Assembly (NCBI RefSeq): GCF_006345805.1
Contig: NC_043002.1
Coordinates: 6,696,001 to 6,760,000 of the forward strand
DNA from: Octopus sinensis
Lineage: Eukaryota
DNA: 64,000 nucleotides
Direction of reading: 5' to 3'
Below are positions 1 through 12,016 of this stretch, one piece after another. A program made the translations under genes and the position numbers. Below the pieces are notes generated by a model, which did no database searches, was not told where the DNA came from, and was given only the letters and a program-made list of their open reading frames with translations. How positions within the stretch are numbered: position 1 is the stretch's first letter; the number at the start of each line of letters is the position of its first letter.

Positions 1-44
1 TGGTCTGGTTTGATTCTGGCTACACAACATGTGCACATAGTTCC

Positions 45-120
45 ACACACCGGGACTGAAACCGAAACCACTTGATTGCAAAGTGAACTTCTTAACCACA
101 CAGCCATGCTTGCGCCTATA
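45..120 (-). mobile_element. tRNA-derived SINE (family A) head fragment
   Basis: Reverse complement reads ggcgcaagcatggctgtgtggttaagaagttcactttgcaatcaagtggtttcggtttcagtcccg, matching the heads at 6101, 29612 and 48858. Confidence 0.6.
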
Positions 121-445
121 CTGTTACAATAATGTTCGTTTTTGGTTTACACTTTAATAGCCATTGTTTATAGTTAATCACATTTAGTAACCGGGTACGC
201 TACACTTGTTGCATTTGTATTATTGTTCATCTTGTTGTTGTTCCTGTTCACTAAAACCATTACTGCCACCATAGCTCCACTCACCTCTCATTCTCCATAA
301 TCATCATCAGCAGCATCATTACACCCTGATGCTCTATTAGCGGGCGAACCATTAACTTCAACGCCATGTCTAAATTTAAAAATGAAAACATCACCGGACA
401 ATAATGTGCGTATGGTGTGACGACATTAAAATTATGAAAATATTA

Positions 446-488
446 AATAATAATAATAATAAATAATATAATAATAATAATAATAATA

Positions 489-544
<56 letters not shown>
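446..544. repeat. (TAA)n microsatellite
   Basis: Direct reading. Confidence 0.95.
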
Positions 545-1139
545 GTGGGAGGAAGGGGTGGACACAGAAAAAAAAAGCAGTAAAATTCATTGTATAGTAT
601 TAAAAGGAACGCAATGAATAAATGAAATACTGAAATTATTTTAAACATTTTAATAAAGTATGGCGTGCTATCTATTGAATAAAAAATTAAAGAGTTTAAT
701 ATCTAAAAAAGAATATGGTTTCTGCCTTTGTCCGTTTGGTGCACTTGCGTTGTATGTCTTTTTCTATTTCTAAGAGTGTATGTGATATTTTGATATTTTT
801 AATAACAATATTTATATTTTTGCCTGGCGTCACATTGATAAAGTGTTAGGTTTTCAACCAAAGGGTCAATGTTTCGTATTCTCTCGCAGACATTCAAATG
901 CCTAATTCACCTTAGCTTCTATTGTAAACATTTACAATAAAATAGGAGAGGCACGTCACTATAGGCAACGCCAGTAATAAGTATCTTGGTAATATTTCGT
1001 GAGTTTCTAGGGCAGTGTTTAGTAACGGATATTCATAGAGTCTGGGAAGTTTATTTTCGAAAAGCATAAACTACTTCTCCGAATGAACATGTTCCCTTTC
1101 ATGGACATAAACCTATTCTTATACTTGTGTGTCTATGTG

Positions 1140-1372
<233 letters not shown>

Positions 1373-1982
1373 AGGGGGGTAAATGTAAAGATAAGCAAGT
1401 CAGGTAAGTCGACATACAAAAGGTATTAAATATATTTAATACAAAAGAATGTATATATTTTTACATATAAAAAGCTCCGACTTACACAGAATAGAAATAC
1501 TATCAGGCATGAAAGGGGTTGGATGAGAGATTTACGAATCCAACAGCTGCTTCTGGGGGCTTGGTGATCCAAAATAATGATTGTAAATTGATTCCATCAT
1601 CGGATAATAACAGCCTCCGTGATCAGGAAAAAATTTTACATTTGAGGTGCTGACAGAAAGGAGATTAAAGATGGAATCCACTTGACTTTTATTTACTCCG
1701 CTACCTACGCAAGTTTAAATCTCTTGAGCATTACGAAGTGCTGTTTATAAGAATATCTGTCTCTCATCTATATATATATATTAGAAGGTTTGGAGATGAT
1801 GTAGAGGTATTTTATATTAGAAGAAATGAGGTACTCAAAAATTCGGATGGTTTTATATTTACAGATCTTTATTTGTGTATTACATGTTTTTATACATCAT
1901 ATAACTTATATCATGTATCATATATTAGCGCTTTCGTCAATTCTAGTGGAGTTTTCAATATATATATATACACAGATAGATA

Positions 1983-2656
1983 TGTTTCTTATTAGCCACA
2001 CAGGGCTGCACACAGATAGAACAAATTACAAGGTAGAGCTTTTCTTTTGAAGGTATTAAAAAAAAAAAAAAAAAAAGGGAAGGGGAGGTTCGATCAAAGG
2101 GATCGTAAAGGAGAGAAAGAGGACAAAAATAAGGGGGTTAAAAAAAAAAAAAGGGGGGGGGAGAAAAAAAATGATCAATAGGGATCGTTATCACAGAAAT
2201 GTCATATGAAGTGTAAAGGGGAGGACAGGTGAGGTTTACCCGTGGAAAGAAAAGCCTGCGGAAAGACCACGGTAACCTCGGTCAATGAAGTCACATTTTA
2301 TATTTCTTTTTTTTTTTTTTTTTTTTTGCAAATAAGCAACTCTCTGTTTTCGATTTCTGGGTTCATAGGACTATGCTCAGGTGGCTTCGTCATTCATACG
2401 TGCCATTCTTGCTACATTCACCCATCTTTTTTTAAAACATTCGCTAGACAAAACTGCCTCTCTACTCTCACTTTCCTTTTCAAGTGGTACTTGAAGAAGT
2501 TGATGAGAGATTGACCAGAGAGGAAAGTGTTTGTCTCCAATCCTTTCAGACGCGTCCACCAGATACATTCTTTCGCCATAGCCACAAGGATGATGAAAAT
2601 AGCTCTTCCTTCCCGTTTGAAGGAAGAGGCGTGACAATATTGACGATAGACTCAGC
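1983..2656 (-). mobile_element. Tx1/L1-clade LINE 3' end (5'-truncated)
   Basis: Near-identical to 42971-43725; minus strand encodes the ORF2 C-terminus ([19 protein letters not shown] / [16 protein letters not shown]) plus 3' UTR ending gcagccctgtgtggctaataagaaac. Confidence 0.8.
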
Positions 2657-2664
2657 ATATACAC

Positions 2665-2717
<53 letters not shown>

Positions 2718-2751
2718 TAGATAGATAGATAGATAGATAGATAGATGGATG

Positions 2752-2817
<66 letters not shown>

Positions 2818-2843
2818 AAGATAGATAGATAGATAGATAGATT
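2665..2843. repeat. (TAGA)n microsatellite flanking the Tx1 5' end
   Basis: Direct reading. Confidence 0.95.
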
Positions 2844-3597
2844 GCACAGGCGCGCGCGCACATACTTTTTGCTTGAAATCTCCAATTCCGACTTAGTTGT
2901 AGGGCTGCCGTCCTGACATTGTTCGCTACGCCCCTCTCCCCCGCTTTCTATCTCGAGCGTGTACCAATGACCTGCTAGTCCTCACTTGCTGCTGCCCATT
3001 CAAATTTTTCTGTATCCTTTTTTCCCCTCATTTCGCACTTCCTTGAAGAATCGTCTTTGTTAGGCTTCTGATTATTCTTATACAACCAAACCACTTATAG
3101 AATCTTTTCTTTAACATTCTATGTCTTCGTGGATGACAACATAAGTTTGGATGGATTCACAGACCTACGCGTTTTTCATCTTTTTACATAGTTCAACTAC
3201 GATATGCATAAGATATTGTGGGCACATACATACTTAATTCATATATACATACATACATACATACATACATAAATACATGCATGCATACATACGTACGTAC
3301 ATACATACACACATACATACATACTTACATACTTACATACATGAATGAATGTTCATCCTTCGGGTTCGAAGATGACCATTGACATCATTTGGTGGAATTG
3401 ATGCTGTGAGACCGGAGGTGACTGGTGAGGCCAATCCGGGCAAGATACTTACATACATACACACATACATACATACACACATACATACATACACACATAC
3501 ATACATACACAAATACATACACACATACATACATACACACATACATACCACATACATACATACATACATACATACATACATACATACATACATAAAG

Positions 3598-3712
3598 TTA
3601 ATCCAAACTGAAAACACAAAGAGAAAACACAACAACGCGAGGACGTGGAAGAAGTATAGTGTTATTGGATGCTCAGGAAAGGAAGGAAAGAAGGAGGATT
3701 TAACGTTTCGAA
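3598..3712 (-). mobile_element. PLE-derived short element (family B), truncated inside its hammerhead
   Basis: Homologous to 30697-30810; minus strand begins tcGAAACGTTaaatcc (3' half of the HHR only). Confidence 0.7.
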
Positions 3713-3889
3713 CAAAGCCATTAAAAAAATCAATAGAAGTGACTTTTTTGTGAATTTTCTATCCAAAACCCAATCAAAATGCACAAAACTTGATACACCA
3801 ATTGAATGCCAGCTAGCTGTATGTGATTGGTCGGAGATTTGGACATTACCTGCGTGTATGTGCGCACGCACGCAGCTGTATATGCATGC

Positions 3890-3930
3890 ACTAGCACTAT
3901 GACCCGCCGTTGCCGGGTCATAGTGCTAGT
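3890..3930 (+). mobile_element. Helitron-like 3' terminal hairpin ending CTAG-T
   Basis: Perfect 17-bp stem actagcactatgacccg / cgggtcatagtgctagt with a 7-nt loop, ending ctag followed by t. Confidence 0.5.
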
Positions 3931-4769
3931 CTTAAATAAAACTCAAAGAAAAGTCATACATACATGTACACGTTACTAGTAATTACCTTTACTGTTTCTC
4001 TCAGTACACAAACATAATAATTAAGCGCATGCGTATGTGAGATAATGTGAATGGGGCTTAAATTTGAATTTGTCTCCCCTGTTTTACTTTATTTTCTTTA
4101 TTTCATGCATAAAGTCTCGAAGATAATGTCGTCATATCTTGCCTTCCTAATTTCACTGAGATGTCATTTCAGGGAGATTTGGCTGATATTACTAGCAAGA
4201 CTATATAAACATCCGGACATTCCGATAGCTATCCTTTATTATGATGACTATCTGGTAACTAAAAAAAATGCATCGATGTCAACACTTAAATGGACGTTTG
4301 TAAAGAAATAACAGCGTACAGGAACTTTTGGACACTGAAACAAACACAAACATATGTGGCAGTATGGCTATATGTGTGTATGTATATGTGTTTCTACGAG
4401 ATTGTGCGTGTGTGTCTGTGTGTGTGTGTGTTTGTGTGTTTAATTGGTTTTGAACTCATGTGCCTAGTATCGTAAGTTCGGATGTATGATATTATTATTT
4501 CTTGGAGGATTTCAAATATCTCGAACAAATACACTGCATGTATATAAATATGTATGTGTGTGTGTAAGTAAGTATCTATCTACGGAAGAATATATGTATG
4601 AATACATACATATATACATACATACTTACATACATACATACACACATATACACATCTATATATATACATGTATACACATATACACCTCTATATATATATG
4701 TGTGTGTACACACACACATACAGACACGTATATATACATACGTACATATATATATATATATACATATAC

Positions 4770-4800
<31 letters not shown>

Positions 4801-5194
4801 ATATATATATATATACACGTGTAGACAGAATAATTAATTACCTGTGATGTTTTTCTCAGCACACAAATACAATGTATGGGTATTTAGAATAAAAATAAAA
4901 CACACGATTGTGTCACCTTAAATATAGTAAAGATGATTGTTGAACACGTGATAAGTCTATACAAATATGTATATATGTGTTTCTGTGACTCTGAAACACT
5001 TCATTTAGCAAATAGGCCAGTGAGGGAGTCACTCTGTCGACGCACAATGTGCTAGAAAATATCATCCTACCACCTTCAAAAATGAAGGACACATTGAAAT
5101 ATTTGGTTTCAGATAAATATGATATAAAACTCATCGCTGAAACACCGGTTAAAGGCCTGCTCAACTAGAGCTGACCTACCATTAAACGTATATA

Positions 5195-5612
5195 TATTCC
5201 TTTACTGCCCACAAAGAGCTAAACATAGAAGGGACAAACAAGGACAGACAAGGGGATGAAGTCGATTACATCGAGGCCAGTGCGTAACTGGTACTTTATT
5301 TATCGACGCCGAAAGGAGGAAAGGCAAAGTCGACCTCGGCGGAATTTGAACTCAGAACGTAACGGCAGACGAAATACCTATTTATTTACTACCCACAAGG
5401 GGCTAAACACAGAGAGAACCAAACAAAGACAGACAAACGGATTAAGTCGATTATATCGACCCCAGTGCGTAACTAGTACTTAATTTATCGACCCCGAAAG
5501 GGTGAAAGGCAAAGTCGACCTCGGCGGAATTTGAACTCAGAACGCAGCAGCAGACGAAATACCGCAAAGGATTTCGCCCGGCGCGCTAACGTTTCTGCCA
5601 GCTCGCTGCCTT
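5195..5612 (-). mobile_element. Dimeric tRNA-derived SINE (family B-Meta) with 15-bp TSD
   Basis: Head ggcagcgagctggcagaaacgttagc plus two tandem ~185-bp units containing gtcgactttgcctttcatcctttcggggtcgataaattaagtac; TSD cattaaacgtatata at 5180-5194 and 5613-5627. Confidence 0.85.
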
Positions 5613-6100
5613 CATTAAACGTATATAACTTCATTTCTAACAGGGCGACATGAAATGAATTTGTGGCTGGTTGCAGGAGAAATGAATATACAATGAAAGG
5701 TATATACCATAAAAATTTCGCAACCACTGGGTCTCAAATACAACCCGACTATATGGCATCTTGGGTCTCGAATGGGCCCATACGTTGTGAGTGAAATTTA
5801 GTAGAAAAAACTCTATGGAAGTGTATTGGATTGATCGTTTCTGTAATTCAAATGCACTACCTTTATATATTGTACTGTTATGATTTTACCTGAAAATAAT
5901 GTTAAGAACGTCCGCGGCTGTGGAACACTCAGCCACCAACACGCAGATACCTTCAGAAGATGATTCACTTGAACGATCTTCTGAAGACACAGCTTTGAAA
6001 CAGACGGAGTGCCAGCCAGCTATTTCTTTCTAATTTTTCTGTCTTAATATTTCCTTTGAAAAAATAAGTCAAACGATTTGATAAAAATGTATAATGATAA

Positions 6101-6515
6101 TGGATGTGTGGTAAGTAGCGTGCTTGCGAACCACATAGTTCCGGGTTCAGTCCCACTGTGTGGCACCTTTGGCCAGTGTCTTCTACTATCGCCTCGGGCC
6201 GACCAAAACCTTGTAAGTGGATTTTGTAGATGGAAAATGAAAGAAGCCCGACGTATATATGTATATATATATATATATACATACATATATATATATATAT
6301 GTATATGTCTGTATCTGTGTGTATATGTGTCTGTGTTTGTCCTCCTAACATCGCTTGACAACCGATGCTGGCGTGTTTACGTTCGGCAAAAGAGGCCGAT
6401 AGAATAAGTACTAGGCTTACAAAGAATAAGTCCTGGGGTCGATTTGTTCGACTATAGGTGTTGCTCCAGCATGGCCACAGTCAAATGACTGAAACAAGTA
6501 AAAGAGTAAAGAGTA
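6101..6515 (+). mobile_element. tRNA-derived SINE family A, full length with internal (TA)n
   Basis: Head tgtgtggtaag...ccgggttcagtccc, body ggcaccttgggcaagtgtcttctactatagcc-like, tail gctccagcatggccacagtcaaatgactgaaacaagtaaaagagta. Confidence 0.85.
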
Positions 6516-6534
6516 TACACACATACACACACAA

Positions 6535-6567
<33 letters not shown>

Positions 6568-7477
6568 ATCACCAAAATTCAAGAATACTATTGTGTCTTG
6601 TTATTTAGGCCCAGATTAGCCCGTGACGAACAAACTTATGCTCATAGACATTTCAGCTGTGACTCCACTATTTTATTTCTTTTTATTCAAACCACATATC
6701 TAAAATACATTAGCCAATGTATTCTACATACTTGAAAGACAGTGGAGTATGATTTGATGGATATTTCGCTGCAATTTCTAGTATGTTCACTGACCATCAA
6801 GAAACTCCCTCGTGGCCGTGTGTGCAAATTTTGATGTGATCCAGCTGACACCGTAAGCATGAATTCAACAAATTCATGGATTTGAAATCACTACTTTAAA
6901 CATTTTTGTATTTGGGGAATTGTAACAAAAGACTGACTTTCTGAAAGCAATGGAAATCCTGATAACATCTTTGACAGAAAATAAAGGCGTGGGAATAGCC
7001 TCAACGAGTGCATTAAAACACTGTCCTAGCCATGGTCAGTCAGGTCACTAAGTAAATTCAGTTTATCATATAACGAATCTATATAAAGACTAAGGTCACT
7101 TGGTCCGCAAAGAAAATATAATGGTCAGCAATATTGCTGGTCAACGTAATATTGTACTTAAAACTAAAAAAAATCGGGAACACTTGTGTTTTCTACTGTA
7201 TGATGTCTGACTGATAACGATACGTTAATATCATAGACTTGCTTTGAATCAATTATTCGAACTCAGAGATTTGTTGAAATATAACGGAGAGATATATGGT
7301 GCTGATGCTGACGCTGCTACCTGTGCTGCTGCTGCTACTGTTGCTGCTGCTGCTGTTGTTGTTGTTGTTGTTGTATGGCCCCAAGTCAATTCTGATTGAG
7401 CAGACCGCTTTTGACATTATCTTAAGATGGTGACATTCTTACCGCGTTATTTAAATTTAAACTTGGCGAAATACCCT

Positions 7478-7640
7478 AGGCGTGTACGTGTGGTAAGAAG
7501 TTTGCTTCCCAAACGCATGTTTTCGGGTTCACTCCCCCTGCGGTGCACCTTAAGTTAGTGTCTTCCGCTATAACCTCGAACCGACCAAAGGCTTTTGAGT
7601 GGAATTGGCTTACGGAAACTGAAAGAGGCCCATTGTCTTT
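7478..7640 (+). mobile_element. SINE family A, degenerate head and body
   Basis: Aligns by eye to 6101-6255. Confidence 0.7.
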
Positions 7641-7681
7641 TTGGTCTCTCTCTCTTTCTCTCTCTCTGTATATACGTGTGT

Positions 7682-7735
<54 letters not shown>

Positions 7736-7785
7736 ATAAAGGTGGCAATTTAAAAACCAAAACGGAGATAATTCACTGTCACTAA

Positions 7786-8028
7786 AATGTGACGAAGTGA
7801 GCAGGGAGTACTAGCATTGCTAGAAATAAGAGTCAAAGAATTATCTAGCCACGAAAGCACATTTTCTATTTACTGATAGGGGAGAGGAGACAACCTTCCC
7901 ACATTAGATTGACATGCCAATCTCGCATGAAATTTAATGCTCAGTAAATAGAAAACGTGTTTTTGTGGCTAAAGTTCTTTCACTCATATTTCTAGCAATG
8001 CTGGTTTCCCTACACCCTTCGTCACATT
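7786..8028. mobile_element. Fold-back element / MITE with ~90-bp imperfect inverted arms
   Basis: 7786-7876 is the reverse complement of 7941-8028 (aatgtgacgaag...ctagcattgctagaaata...ttttctatttactga). Confidence 0.7.
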
Positions 8029-8100
8029 ATATACATACGTGCGAATGTGTGTGTATGTGTGTGTGAGTTTGTGTGTGTGTGTTGTGTGTGTGTGTGTGTG

Positions 8101-8139
<39 letters not shown>

Positions 8140-8404
8140 CTTTGTACTTGTGGTTATCTCCCACCACTATTCAACAACCGGCGTGTGTTCGTTTACATCT
8201 CCGAGACATAGCGATTCGGCATAAGAGACCAATACAATAAGTACCTGGATGACCAGCTATACCATCAACTCTTGAGTGAAACAAAAATCATTTCGTTGCT
8301 TCTTGCAACCTTTCCAATAGTCGTTGACTCGGTCCGTTATCAGAGCTGCGTTCTTTTTTGTTTTGTTGGTTGGTTGTTTATGCGCAGAGTGCATGTGTGT
8401 ACAC

Positions 8405-8435
<31 letters not shown>

Positions 8436-8503
8436 TGTATGTATGTTGTATGTATGCATGTATGTATGTATGTATGCATGTATGTTGTATGTATGCATGT
8501 ATG

Positions 8504-8534
<31 letters not shown>

Positions 8535-8970
8535 GTATGTATGTATGTATGTATGTATGTATGTATGTGTATGTATGTATGTATGTATGTATGTATGTAT
8601 GTGTGTGTATGTATGTATGTGTGTGTGTATGCATGTATGTATGTATGTATGTGTGTATGCATGTATGTATGGTATGTAATGTATGTATGTATGTATGTAT
8701 GTATGTGTGTATGTATGTATGTATGTATGTATGTATGTATGTGTGTATGTATGTATGTATGTGTGTGCATGTATGTATGTATGTATGTATGTATGTATGT
8801 ATGTATGTATGTATGTATGTATGAATGTATGTTTGTATGAATGTATGTATGAATATATGTATGTGTGTATGTATGTATGTATGTGTGTATGTATGTATGT
8901 ATGTATGTATGTGTGTATGTATGTATGTATGTATGTATGTATGTATGTGTGTATGTATGTATGTATGTGT
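8405..8970. repeat. Long (TATG)n microsatellite
   Basis: Direct reading. Confidence 0.95.
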
Positions 8971-9016
8971 GTACGTTTGTGTGCACGCATACACAAGCAC
9001 ACAAATATGAAGACGC

Positions 9017-9099
9017 AAAGACATGAATATGCAGAATACAAACATCCAAAGTACACATATGCATGTATGTATGTTTGTATTCTGCATATTCATGTCTTT
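9017..9099. repeat. Perfect 29-bp inverted repeat, 25-nt spacer
   Basis: aaagacatgaatatgcagaatacaaacat (9017-9045) / atgtttgtattctgcatattcatgtcttt (9071-9099). Confidence 0.95.
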
Positions 9100-9209
9100 T
9101 TTTAATAATTTTGATATATATTTAAAATAATATAAATTAATTAATCTTATGTATTGGCTTAAGTTTTTCATTGTATGATTTGCCTAATAGTGGTTTTATC
9201 TCTAATTTA

Positions 9210-9267
<58 letters not shown>

Positions 9268-9276
<9 letters not shown>

Positions 9277-9347
9277 ATTGGTGAATTGAACGATTTCTGT
9301 TCAATCTGCGTTCAGCTCCATTTCTTCAATTCACCAATAATGTTTTA
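9268..9347. repeat. Perfect 23-bp inverted repeat, 34-nt spacer
   Basis: taaaacattattggtgaattgaa (9268-9290) / ttcaattcaccaataatgtttta (9325-9347). Confidence 0.95.
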
Positions 9348-9820
9348 ATTTCAATTATCCGCACCAACGCACGGTTGCAACGCCAGATGGTTGTACCTCC
9401 AACCGTGCTGTTTACTGCTGTGATTTTTGCTACTAAGGTATCGGTTAAACTTTTGATTAATCTACTACAAGATTATTCATCTTTCTATTTCACATAATTA
9501 TATATATATATATATATATATATTCACGCATACATACATACATACATACATACATACATACACACATACATAATGCATACATACATACATACATGCATAT
9601 GTGTATACATATGCACACTGACGCACGCGCATGCACACAAACAAGCAAAAAGAACGCGGCTCCGACAACGGACAGTCAACGACTATCGAAGAGGTTGCAA
9701 GAAGCAACGGAAATTGTAGAGAAAGTAAATGAGTGGAAATGGAACCGATGTGTGTGTTAATTAATAAGGTATTAAAACAGACTGACTCTCCCCAGACAAT
9801 AATATATACATAAATATATA

Positions 9821-9862
<42 letters not shown>

Positions 9863-10149
9863 TGTATGTAAGTATAAATACACACACATGTATATATATG
9901 TGTGTGTATGTCAATCACTCCCAACGTTTACAAATGAACTGATTCAAACAAGCAACCTGCGTTGGTGTTCAGTTGAATGTAATAGCGTTAATATTAATAT
10001 TCGATGGAATGCGGGTCTTATAATCACCTCTACTGGTGGTTTTAAAAAGGTTTATTCAGGTTTCAATTAATTCTAGCAGTTCTGTTTACACATTGCTGTA
10101 TGGAGTACGTTGTTTATTCAGAAGTATTTTACTTATTTTGGATTTGTAA

Positions 10150-10200
<51 letters not shown>

Positions 10201-10206
10201 TATTAT

Positions 10207-10259
<53 letters not shown>

Positions 10260-10314
10260 TAATTTATAATAATAATTATTGTAACTAGCATAATTACTAT
10301 AGATGGTGAGTTGT

Positions 10315-11640
10315 GTTTATTTAAATTGTTTAAACGCATATTTTCTCAAATTTTTATATCTTAGAACCTGTTCCTTCTTGTATTTAAAGGTAGAAATTTA
10401 GAAGTGAAAATTTGGTACATTTCTTCTACACAAAGTCGCATCTATTATCGCCTGTTCTATAAGGCTTTGCCTTAATAATTATTTCCTAGCCAATCAAATA
10501 TACTTTGTTTACTACTTTTTAGTGCCAAAATCAATTTACTAAGTCCAGTAGTTTTTATTTTCTCCCTGTAGCCAAACGAATTTAAATGAGTGGTAATTAT
10601 TTGCTTAATATAACGTGGGCGTGCTCCGATATGGAAGCACTTCTTATTCTCTGAGGTAATCTTACATCTGTATACAATATTTCTATACCTACAATGAGAG
10701 CTAAGCGGGCAAACCCTGTTCCTTGCGCAATCGCATTTGATAGTTCTACTACTTACATTAATAGTGCCTGCTTCAGTTTCACTAGGGCTGATTTCTAAAT
10801 TACCCTAACTATTTTCTAAGCTCTTTCTGTGTAGATAGCATTCTGAGTACTTTCTAGGATTCACAACTTCCACTTCAGGCTAATGCGGGAATCTGTTCGA
10901 GTAGCTTACATTTTATTAGTTTCTATCCTAATACCTGGTTGGGTTGCTTATGTTTAACGAATGCCTAATAGAATAATTTAGGTATATTGGAATTTATTTG
11001 TTTTCCGTAGGGAATTATATGCTACGCGAGATTGCTAGCGGTATCTATGTTATTGTGGTATGTATTTCTATTTCTACCTAAGCTTTTCGTAAAATTGTGT
11101 CACCTATTTACCAGGTTTTTATCTCGGCATTGGGTTTGTTTGCTATTATATTTGTCAGTTATTTGCGTAACACTATTGGCAGAGCGTAAGTATTTGTTGC
11201 CTCTCCTATCAGAATTGGACCTTTTGATAGATCCATCCTTATATAAGTCACCTAGCACTTTATTTGGCACAAATTCATGTAAATGTCTGCTCTGCTGTAT
11301 GATTCTTGGTACCCTATTGTTGTATTCTAACCGTACGGACTTTCTATCTTTAATTCTTCCCACTGTCCGTACCTGGTGGTTAGTGGTGCTCTTCATATTA
11401 TATATTATTCTATTTTTCTTTTTCTAGGACGATCCATTTTACTACGTTTATTATTGATAACATTACTACCGTTACAGAATTTTAATTTTTCTCTCTATAC
11501 CCTGCCTTCTCTAATGCTAAATTATAAAAGTCCTCGTTCAGTCTAAATACTTCTTCGTTCGCTGAGAGGTTAGTAATGCAGGTTGATATATTTTCTTAAT
11601 ATGAACCAGGTTATGCTTTTAGGTGATTGCTATTTTTATG
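10315..11640 (-). pseudogene. Degenerate Penelope-like retroelement: RT C-terminus + GIY-YIG endonuclease
   Basis: Minus-strand translation across frameshifts: LSANEEVFRLNEDFYNLALEKAGYREK (PLE RT C-terminal region); CRYRNIVYRCKITSENKKCFHIG...TTHLNSF...TGLSKLILALK...KAKPYRTGDNRCDF...LNTRR (GIY-YIG). Confidence 0.75.
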
Positions 11641-11710
11641 TGGATAGCCGGCTTCTAAACCAATTTGAGAGATAATGCAGTGTCCGCCAGGATAACTTAT
11701 CCCTTTTATA

Positions 11711-11741
<31 letters not shown>

Positions 11742-11976
11742 TCTCTCTTTCTTTGCATATATATAATGTATACATAAATATATATGTAAATATATGTGCG
11801 AGCATATATATGCATCAATAGGTATATTTGCATACTATTCTTTATAGTATTTGTAGTAGAATCATTATTCCAAAAATAGTGAGAGTCTGAGTTATACGAT
11901 TTCCGTTTGTGTACCTCCCTGTCGATTATGTCTAACTCTCTCTCTTTCTTTCTTTGTATGTCTGAATGTCTGTTTA

Positions 11977-12016
<40 letters not shown>

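Noticed and set aside
5195-5612. Tandem ~185-bp units as a CRISPR or satellite array
   Set aside because: Eukaryotic SINE dimer with TSD; no unique spacers and no cas genes
5951-6010. CTGAAGA...GAAAC hammerhead-like string with an 11-bp hairpin upstream
   Set aside because: No stem II pairing and no NUH triplet after a stem III; appears to be a SINE-tail remnant
6600-6820. Another dispersed degenerate repeat (also ~12880, 37620, 59810, 63530)
   Set aside because: Similarity evident by eye but too decayed to set boundaries or classify
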